Below are positions 57,274 to 64,000 of a stretch of 64,000 nt of DNA, in pieces. Location of the stretch: IMG/VR virus record IMGVR_UViG_3300032931_000905, positions 25,021-89,020 of that record; one strand, given 5' to 3'. The translations under genes and the position numbers were made by a program. The stretch comes from a virus. Position 1 is the first letter of the stretch. Every line of letters begins with the position of its first letter. Under the pieces are notes generated by a model. It did not search any database, was not told the DNA's origin, and was given only the letters and a program-made list of their open reading frames with translations.

Positions 57274-57711
57274 GAAGATATTCACGACCAGGGTGATTAA
57301 GGCCCCAGTGACCATGGCACCACCCGCGATCATCCACATCCAATGTTCTAGTTTTCTGAGACGATCTTCGGTCGTATCAAGATGTGCGGCATTGGGGTTC
57401 TTGGCCATGTACCAAGGATTTTCGGGGTCCATCAGGACTTTATCAATGCGATGATCGATATCCTTCAATTCCGTATCAAATGCCTCAAACATCTTTTCGA
57501 ACTGGGCATGTCTCTGCTCATGCAGCTTAATCATGGAACACAAGCCGGCATTCATCTCTTGGATTTTCACTAAGGTCTCGGTCAACTTATCAGTGACTTT
57601 GGTATGCGAGACCATGTCCTTCTCCAACATGCCCACGGCAATCTTCAGATCGTTCATCTCATTCCCTACTTGGATGGCATGTGCTCCGGTTTTCCCTGTT
57701 GGTTCCATCAT
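57265..57711 (-). CDS. coiled-coil protein with C-terminal TM helix
   Basis: RL..LE.W.W..AGG motif then TM helix. Confidence 0.6.
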   Translation of the reverse strand: MMEPTGKTGAHAIQVGNEMNDLKIAVGMLEKDMVSHTKVTDKLTETLVKIQEMNAGLCSMIKLHEQRHAQFEKMFEAFDTELKDIDHRIDKVLMDPENPWYMAKNPNAAHLDTTEDRLRKLEHWMWMIAGGAMVTGALITLVVNIFLK

Positions 57712-57734
57712 GAAACTCCATTCACGTTCTTGTC

Positions 57735-58277
57735 TTAGTTGAGCTTATCTGCCAGATTAGAAATTTGCTTATCCTTATTCGATGATCCCAGACTTGATCC
57801 AAAGTAATACCCCAGGACCAATCCCACCGCGGCATCCAGGGTGCCCAAGGAACGCATGACGATATTCATCTGTGAGGCCTCTAAGGTATAGGCCAAGACC
57901 CAGAACTGCACTCCGATATACAGACCCATCACACAACCCGCAAGAATGCGAGGGGTGTAATCTCTGACGGCGATTTCCCGCTGACGAGCATTTGCGGTAT
58001 CCGCAGTTTGTAGGGTATAGAGATCAATGTCGAGTTTCTTGAGTTCGGTTTCCAAGGTGGCATCGATCTTCTTGAGTTCAACCAGTTGTTCAGGTGTGGC
58101 CGCTTGAAGGGCCGCACCAATTTCTGCCGGGGACGCTTTGGGGGCTAAGCCCAGGACCGTGACGAGTTTTTGTGTGGCTAATCCTGCGAGCGGCCCACCA
58201 AGAAGGGTGGCAGCGGTCGGCGCAATCGCACCAATGATACCCTCGGCTGCTGCTCCAATGTCGCTTAATATACTCAT
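57735..58277 (-). CDS. holin-like (3TM family) protein
   Basis: APT.AT.LGGPLAG, D.ANAR.RE, TM helices, YYFGSS.GS..K. Confidence 0.7.
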   Translation of the reverse strand: MSILSDIGAAAEGIIGAIAPTAATLLGGPLAGLATQKLVTVLGLAPKASPAEIGAALQAATPEQLVELKKIDATLETELKKLDIDLYTLQTADTANARQREIAVRDYTPRILAGCVMGLYIGVQFWVLAYTLEASQMNIVMRSLGTLDAAVGLVLGYYFGSSLGSSNKDKQISNLADKLN

Positions 58278-58278
58278 G

Positions 58279-58782
58279 TTATCGCCCTTTCTTACAATTA
58301 TCAAAATGATAACGCTTCATATTCGTTTTACTAGAAATTCCACATATGGGACATGTCACTTTCGGCTGTTTACTCCAAAATAATGTTCTGGCCATCCGTT
58401 GTTTCTCTTTCACTAATGGATCAGATTGGATTAACATACTTCTTTTCTTATGTACGGTACTTTTCGGAATTCCCTTTAAGGCCTGACTTATTTTTCGTCT
58501 GGTCTCTGCTGACTTTGGAATCCCTTTACTTTTCATCCCCTGTAGTCTGCTTATCTGGGAGATAATTTCCTCTTTTCCTATTTGCCCCAACAAAGCTAAC
58601 CAGGCAATTTTATCTTCGAGTTTACCGTAGGATTCCCACAACCACCGATGCGCCAACGCATGTTGTGTTGTTGACAAAAAGATAATGTTATCAGCTTCAT
58701 TAACTCCATTGAGATTACCGAATCGTTCTTTCCATTCGTGCTTTGGTATAATGTGATGTCGATGATTATCGACCACGACCAT
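58279..58782 (-). mobile_element. HNH-NUMOD3 homing endonuclease
   Basis: HHIIPKHEW..N...L...QHA.AH, G.PKS.ETRRKIS, CPIC..MKRYHFDNC. Confidence 0.8.
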
Positions 58783-59563
58783 ACCTCAAAAATTGCATAT
58801 GACCAGAGGATTGATCCTGTACAATAATCGGTTTGCCGTAATTCCGATTCCCAAAATCTCGTATGGACTGTCCGATGGTATCGGTGCCCACATAATGATG
58901 ATAATGCGCGTACTTTTTCTTGCCTAATCGCGCCTTATGAAAATACTCCGAGGGCACCTGAAAGACTTCCTGGCCAGCGAATTTTGTGCGAGAGACTGTG
59001 GGACCGTCCTCATCGACCCGGAGTTCGCCTGGACCTGATTCGATGGCTTCGCTCGTCACTTGTTTCAACAACTTTTTTGGCAGCAAACGAGTCAGCATCT
59101 TGGTGCGGGCTTTCTGTTGAATCCCTGGTTCACCTTTAGGTCCAACGCCGATCCCTGCCACACCACCTGATCCCGCGGCATTGACCGCGGCCTCTTCCTT
59201 GATTACACCATACATCTCAGGATGGAGTTGATTATAGTCACGCATCGCCAACCCAACGACTGCATTAGCATCGCGTTCCAGTTCCAATAGTGGGAGCGTA
59301 TCCAACTCACCGGATTCCCTCTGCTTATGATGCACCAGTTCATGTCCTAATGTCCTGAGCGTATCGGCAATATGTCGACCCTGGGTGGCCACGACTACCG
59401 ATCCATCGGAAGGTTGATAGTGACCAAAGGAGGCATTCCCGGTCTGTGCCACAAAGGACACCTCAGGGCAGTCGTCAATCCCCAAGGTCCCGCACATAAA
59501 CTCAATAAAGTCTGCCACATAATCTGTGAGGACTGGGGTCAGCGATTCAATCAAGAGACGCAT
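58766..59563 (-). CDS. hypothetical protein with HExxH zincin motif, probable head protein
   Basis: RTLGHELVH..Q, E..AN; IKEE..VN..G.GGVAG linker. Confidence 0.6.
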   Translation of the reverse strand: MRLLIESLTPVLTDYVADFIEFMCGTLGIDDCPEVSFVAQTGNASFGHYQPSDGSVVVATQGRHIADTLRTLGHELVHHKQRESGELDTLPLLELERDANAVVGLAMRDYNQLHPEMYGVIKEEAAVNAAGSGGVAGIGVGPKGEPGIQQKARTKMLTRLLPKKLLKQVTSEAIESGPGELRVDEDGPTVSRTKFAGQEVFQVPSEYFHKARLGKKKYAHYHHYVGTDTIGQSIRDFGNRNYGKPIIVQDQSSGHMQFLRYGRGR

Positions 59564-59925
59564 TATCGAGGTCTCCGCATAGAAATATCTTCCAGCCGAT
59601 TAATACGCTCAGACGAAGCTTTTATCCATGCTCTGAGGCGTTCATTCTCCGCATTCAGTTCTACGATGGCTTGGGTGTCCAGGGCTTGTTGGGTAATCAA
59701 TTCTTCGACTTTTGTGCGGGTATAACCTATCTGGACCTCATAGCCTTTGAGTTGCTGGTTTCGACCTTCTTTGGCGGTGGCCAAGCTACTGGAGGCATCA
59801 GAGTAGACACCAAAAATCATCGCCCCAATGACCAGATACTCACTGAGTTTATAGAGAGGGGATTTTTTCAATGACTCAGGCAAGACCTCTTTCAAGGCCC
59901 CAAACGCTTGTTCTAACCCTGACAT
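59563..59925 (-). CDS. membrane-anchored coiled-coil protein
   Basis: TM helix plus heptads. Confidence 0.5.
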   Translation of the reverse strand: MSGLEQAFGALKEVLPESLKKSPLYKLSEYLVIGAMIFGVYSDASSSLATAKEGRNQQLKGYEVQIGYTRTKVEELITQQALDTQAIVELNAENERLRAWIKASSERINRLEDISMRRPR

Positions 59926-60323
59926 GATCGTACCTTCCTCAAGATCGCGGCGGCCGCCTGATTAATCTGTATTTCAGAGGAACGAATCGTCCGACCCCTG
60001 ATCCCCTGGACCCGCTCTGGCATATAATTCAAAAACAACAAAAAGGTTTTGAGCACCGGATGATCAATGGGCCGTAAGTAATAAAACAACATACGAGTCG
60101 AGGATTCGACCCCAAACACGTTATAGATGATCGTCAGATGATTCAAGATCAGGCGTTCTCTGAGATCCCCATCTTTCAAAAATCTCCGCAACAGGCGCTT
60201 GACATAATTGAAATGTTTCAGATCCTCTTCAAATTCCGACCAAAGACAACCAGGTCGCTCATACGCTTTGGCGGCGAACATGAAGATATTTTCAGGGCTC
60301 AAATCATCGAAGGCCATAATCAC
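59913..60323 (-). CDS. conserved T4-like hypothetical protein
   Basis: A..Y..P.C...EF.EDL..F.Y.KRL...G.L.ERLILNH...YNVFG, LKTFL.FL.Y. Confidence 0.75.
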   Translation of the reverse strand: MIMAFDDLSPENIFMFAAKAYERPGCLWSEFEEDLKHFNYVKRLLRRFLKDGDLRERLILNHLTIIYNVFGVESSTRMLFYYLRPIDHPVLKTFLLFLNYMPERVQGIRGRTIRSSEIQINQAAAAILRKVRSCQG

Positions 60324-60350
60324 ATCATCCCATACATAATAAAAAATGCG

Positions 60351-60737
60351 TTATCCTTGTGGTCCTCTTGGGTTTGGGGCACTGTGCCCATAATCCGTGT
60401 GCCACGAATCCTTCTCTCGTCTAGATGATGCTGAATCGGCATCATACTGTGTATGTCGTGAATGCGCGTCAAGGTGCTTGGCCAATTCGCTCATACCTTT
60501 GGCATATTTGCCTTTTTGTTTATGTTCAGCACTAAAATTGACCTTATGTTCAAAGGCACCAGTCTTGGGGTGCATATGAATTTCATGACCTGTATGATCG
60601 GGGTGAGTGTATACGGTGGTATCATGGTTTGACCCGGTGCTAACAATACGGTGACTCTTCTTCCAGCCTGCTGCTCGCAGATCCTTATGGGGAGTCGAGG
60701 TCCCCGACTCAGTAAGATAGTCATTAAACGTTTTCAT
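60351..60737 (-). CDS. putative internal head protein with capsid-targeting sequence
   Basis: N-terminus MKTFNDYLTE resembles the T4 IP capsid-targeting sequence. Confidence 0.65.
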   Translation of the reverse strand: MKTFNDYLTESGTSTPHKDLRAAGWKKSHRIVSTGSNHDTTVYTHPDHTGHEIHMHPKTGAFEHKVNFSAEHKQKGKYAKGMSELAKHLDAHSRHTQYDADSASSRREKDSWHTDYGHSAPNPRGPQG

Positions 60738-61095
60738 CAGATTCGTCCCCTTCGTTGGCGTTGGCCATCAAGGTGTGGAGTTCGGCTTCGGTCAACACTT
60801 CGGCATAGCAATCATACCAGCCGGTCTCTTCCTGAAAAAACGCAAAGTAGAGAAAGGTGGTCTCGGTCAATCCATAGACATCTTCGCCATCGGCATCATG
60901 AATATCCATCAAGGCATAGGGCAGATGATATCCATTCTCAGTCAACACCGATTGGACCTTGGCCCAGGCGGATTCTGGACCGAGCAGAGGGCCCGCAAGG
61001 GCCTCGGCAAGATCGCCGTTGAGCGCATCGCGGGCCTCCACGCTATCGAGATCGGCCGATGCCATAGGCATCGTATCACCAAAAGATTCACTCAT
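60724..61095 (-). CDS. acidic hypothetical protein
   Basis: Start reassigned to ATG 61095, downstream of the previous stop. Confidence 0.55.
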   Translation of the reverse strand: MSESFGDTMPMASADLDSVEARDALNGDLAEALAGPLLGPESAWAKVQSVLTENGYHLPYALMDIHDADGEDVYGLTETTFLYFAFFQEETGWYDCYAEVLTEAELHTLMANANEGDESDENV

Positions 61096-61102
61096 GGTTC
61101 CC

Positions 61103-61717
61103 TTAGCTTGGGAAAAGGTTTGGATCAAGAGATCCGACCACGTTCGCAGCCTGAGATCCAGTCGCCACGAGCGTTTCATACATGACGCGATTGGCCCGGC
61201 CGCCCATGGTGATCGTCACCACAGCAGGGGTGCCGGAGGAACCAGGCACATTCAAGGTTGGTGTCGAGGCATAGCTACCTGACAGGTTGATTGACACGTT
61301 GGCCAGACTGCCGCCAGCATTGGCCTGGAAGAATAAGTTGGCACTGGTATTACCCAGACCGCCAGCAAGTCCACCGCCGCCAGTAATCGTGACATAACCA
61401 CCACCCGCGGCATAGCCCGTTCCACCGGAGGTCACGACCGCGGTAGCGACTGGACCGGTACCTGCCTTGCGGAGGTTCCATCCAGCATGCTGAGTCGATG
61501 ACGCTTCACCGCGTGTGGTATTACCGGTGTTGGCGCGTTGTGCGGCCGACACCCCAAATACTCCCATCGCAATGTTCGGCACAAACGCACTAATGCGTAC
61601 ATTTTGATAGGCGGTATTACCAGTCAAGAGGACTCCGCCGTTGGCTGATCCTCCCAATCCAGTCAATCCGAACTTTGGTGCGGATGCTTGTGTATTTGCT
61701 GATCCCCAGAGACTCAT
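61103..61717 (-). CDS. virion structural protein (MSLWG...HAGW...GR..YETLVA type)
   Basis: Motif pattern typical of T4-like structural proteins; Gly-rich insert; AAGGAG SD and late-like promoter. Confidence 0.65.
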   Translation of the reverse strand: MSLWGSANTQASAPKFGLTGLGGSANGGVLLTGNTAYQNVRISAFVPNIAMGVFGVSAAQRANTGNTTRGEASSTQHAGWNLRKAGTGPVATAVVTSGGTGYAAGGGYVTITGGGGLAGGLGNTSANLFFQANAGGSLANVSINLSGSYASTPTLNVPGSSGTPAVVTITMGGRANRVMYETLVATGSQAANVVGSLDPNLFPS

Positions 61718-61743
61718 AGTGCTACTCCTTTATTTAATGAACG

Positions 61744-62277
61744 TTAATGAAATCCTAATTCTTTCAGCTTCATAAGAGTCACTTTCGCATTCACATGATG
61801 AATTCCTATACCCCCGGCCGCTGTAAATTCGGCAATATTCTTGGGATGATCGTCAATTAAGATATTTTGTCGAATACCGGACCGGGCATATAACTGTTTC
61901 TCTTCGCGTTTCACCACATGAATACGGTTGTGGGGGACCTTCAGGTATTTATCCAACCATCGAATCTTACCAGGCCCACATGCGTCATCCCAGGAGGCTT
62001 TGGCGGTCAGGATTTCCGGATCATACCGTTCAATGAAATTCCAGAGTACACGATAGTCCGTCATCGGAGGCAACGAGGACCAAAATCCCGCATGACTCAT
62101 GACCAGTTTGCGGCGATCTTGTTTTTCCACTTTATCCAAATAGGGGGTATCAAATGGATGCCCCAGCACCGATTCCGCACCCCGTAAAAAATCGACCAGC
62201 ACCCCGTCCATATCGCAGAACAGGGTGCCGTAGTGTGTCGTGGATGGGTGCATCTCTCTGATTGTTCGCGTTCCCAT
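61744..62277 (-). CDS. HAD-family 5'(3')-deoxyribonucleotidase
   Basis: DMDGVLVDF, FW..LP, ILT, GK..W, ILIDD...NI..F..AGG.GI. Confidence 0.88.
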   Translation of the reverse strand: MGTRTIREMHPSTTHYGTLFCDMDGVLVDFLRGAESVLGHPFDTPYLDKVEKQDRRKLVMSHAGFWSSLPPMTDYRVLWNFIERYDPEILTAKASWDDACGPGKIRWLDKYLKVPHNRIHVVKREEKQLYARSGIRQNILIDDHPKNIAEFTAAGGIGIHHVNAKVTLMKLKELGFH

Positions 62278-62298
62278 AGTCGCCCATCATTCCATCGA

Positions 62299-62826
62299 TT
62301 ACGCCAGGGTTGGTACTCCGGCATTAATGACAATGGCGCCTGCTTCAGAGGCGATGACTGTGACATCCAAGGTGCCCACCAAGGCACGAACACCCTCACC
62401 GAGATCGGCATCGGCCGTCACGGAGACCTGTGCCGTACCCAAGGGCCCGACGGCGACCACATCAGCAGAGAGACCATCTGCGGCGGGGACGACCGACAAC
62501 ACCGTGGCGTCTGAGGTGCCCCAGACTGGAAGACCGTCTACGACCGCTGGATTTCCCTTGGCCGAGACAAATGCTACCGCTAAGGTCACTTTTTGTACGT
62601 CTGTCAGAATCAATGCCATGTCAGCACTCCTTTGTAGATGGACGATTTGGGCGGTCCCTATCGGAACAGGTAATGTCCCTCGGAGGTTCCTCACAGGTCC
62701 GAGTGTCCATATGACTCGATCCTGCTGTGTTGCTGGTACTGGTACTGGTACTGTATCCGTCTGACGGTTGATATAGACGTTGACCGTGACACCATCAGTG
62801 GTACAATATGCTTGTGTCTTAGGCAT
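62299..62826 (-). CDS. Ig-like (Big_2) domain protein
   Basis: W.TSD.TV.SV...G....V.AV..GTA.V.V. Confidence 0.65.
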   Translation of the reverse strand: MPKTQAYCTTDGVTVNVYINRQTDTVPVPVPATQQDRVIWTLGPVRNLRGTLPVPIGTAQIVHLQRSADMALILTDVQKVTLAVAFVSAKGNPAVVDGLPVWGTSDATVLSVVPAADGLSADVVAVGPLGTAQVSVTADADLGEGVRALVGTLDVTVIASEAGAIVINAGVPTLA

Positions 62827-62848
62827 AGCTATTTATGCTTTCGCCCTG

Positions 62849-63994
62849 TTATCGTACCGATCCGCCGGGCATATTGGCGACCGATAAGACTGGGGTCAGG
62901 ATTGGATCAGCTTCGAATTTATCTTTGGACTTGCCTATCACGACAGGATCAATGGCCTTTTCCTTCTTGACCTTAGGGGCCTCTCCTTGTTCCTCATCGT
63001 CCTGGGTATTATCAGGCTTCTCTGGCTTCTCGGTTGATTTAGGGGCCATGGGGAAGGCTTCTCTGAGAATGCGTCTGATGGTCTGTCGGTATGGATAGTC
63101 TTCTGTGACAGTCACAGGGATGCGTGTGGCCGATCCCTTCGCATCTTGCTTGACAATCCAGCGTTGACCTTCGGGATCAAATTGTGCGGTGGCATGTCTG
63201 GTATGATCGTCCCACTCCGCTTTGGTAATCGTCATTCTCGTCGGTCCCCCATCTTCGGTCATCGCCATCCCCTTTTCGGTACCATCACCAGAGATTCCGA
63301 TACCGGTCCCTGGACGATCAGGTTCATCATGCAATTCATGGAGGGACGCGGAGACCGTGGACTTTCTATTCTGTCTCTCTTCCTTGTCAGCCCGCTTCCA
63401 GGCTTTATTACCCAGACCTGGGGTCTTGGGGTTCAACTGTTGCTTGATCGTCCGACTAAGGTTCTTTCGGCGAGCATAGGCATCTTTCCTGTAATCATCA
63501 TTCCACTGGGCCTTCAGGTCGGCCTCTTCCAGGTTCGCTTTGGCCAGCTTTGTATAGTAATCAGGGCGTTCACCCAGATGATCTCGCGCAATCTCTTCGG
63601 CTGTCTGGTCAGAGGTGGCATGTTCATGCTCGACCTTGATACCCTTGGCAATTTGGTCCTTGATCGTATCCAGAGAGACCCCATGCTTCTGGGCAATCTC
63701 TTCGGCCGAAAGGGTCTTGACATTCAAGGAGGCTTCAGTCAAGGCCTGGCGACGATAGGTGTCCCAGGCAGATTCTTTCAGTTCCTTTGCTGTCTTCGTG
63801 GCTAACTTAGTGAGTTCGCGGTTTGCGAGACCCAACAGGTTCTTGGCGGCGCGGCCGCGACGGGCAAACTTATCGATATCACTCTGGGAACGAAGGTTCT
63901 TACGCAGGGCTTCGTGAATCACGGTCTTGACGGTGTTGAAGGTGTTGGGATGCTCGGCTTTGGTGATGGTATAATTGAGGTGCTCTGGGGACAT
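62849..63994 (-). CDS. probable internal head polyprotein (DUF5661-like domain); may extend beyond the window
   Basis: KG.KVE.EH.....A.EIARDHL.E.PDYY.KL; repeated L/M/V-x-E putative gp21 cleavage sites. Confidence 0.65.
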   Translation of the reverse strand: MSPEHLNYTITKAEHPNTFNTVKTVIHEALRKNLRSQSDIDKFARRGRAAKNLLGLANRELTKLATKTAKELKESAWDTYRRQALTEASLNVKTLSAEEIAQKHGVSLDTIKDQIAKGIKVEHEHATSDQTAEEIARDHLGERPDYYTKLAKANLEEADLKAQWNDDYRKDAYARRKNLSRTIKQQLNPKTPGLGNKAWKRADKEERQNRKSTVSASLHELHDEPDRPGTGIGISGDGTEKGMAMTEDGGPTRMTITKAEWDDHTRHATAQFDPEGQRWIVKQDAKGSATRIPVTVTEDYPYRQTIRRILREAFPMAPKSTEKPEKPDNTQDDEEQGEAPKVKKEKAIDPVVIGKSKDKFEADPILTPVLSVANMPGGSVR

Positions 63995-64000
63995 ATTCTC

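Noticed and set aside
62240-62764. 174-aa plus-strand ORF
   Set aside because: Antisense shadow of the Ig-like gene 62299-62826, which has a late promoter and a recognisable motif

Overview
A 64-kb segment of a large T4-like myophage genome. No host chromosome is evident. 1-12.3 kb is the baseplate/tail module (PAAR, gp5 with a GH19 lysozyme, gp27-, gp53-, gp48-, gp4-, gp2-, gp54-, gp26-, gp51-like genes, tape measure). Almost all the rest is on the minus strand. It holds replication/transcription genes (gp32, gp59, gp33, dsbA, RNase H, ligase, primase, NrdJ, ThyX), PhoH and RtcB, and host-type accessory genes (phosphate-porin-like OMP, PagL-like lipid A deacylase, PEP-CTERM protein, two TusA, a 2-oxoacid:ferredoxin oxidoreductase beta subunit) that suggest, by inference, a Nitrospira-like host. 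A ~10-kb RNA island (35.6-45.5 kb) holds 39 hand-identified tRNA genes covering all 20 amino acids, a tmRNA, a circularly permuted tRNA-like (YrlA/Y-RNA-like) element and at least four unassigned structured RNAs. The most notable item is at the head of the island: sigma70 promoter, a 34-codon leader ORF using 18 of 20 amino acids, alternative hairpins, then an intrinsic terminator, i.e. a candidate attenuator sensing the whole tRNA pool. Other points: a candidate -1 frameshift fusing gp26 to gp51, A18/G55 covarying tRNA elbows, leaderless early transcripts and IHF boxes at early promoters. All calls come from reading the sequence and recalling motifs; no searches or folding programs were run.
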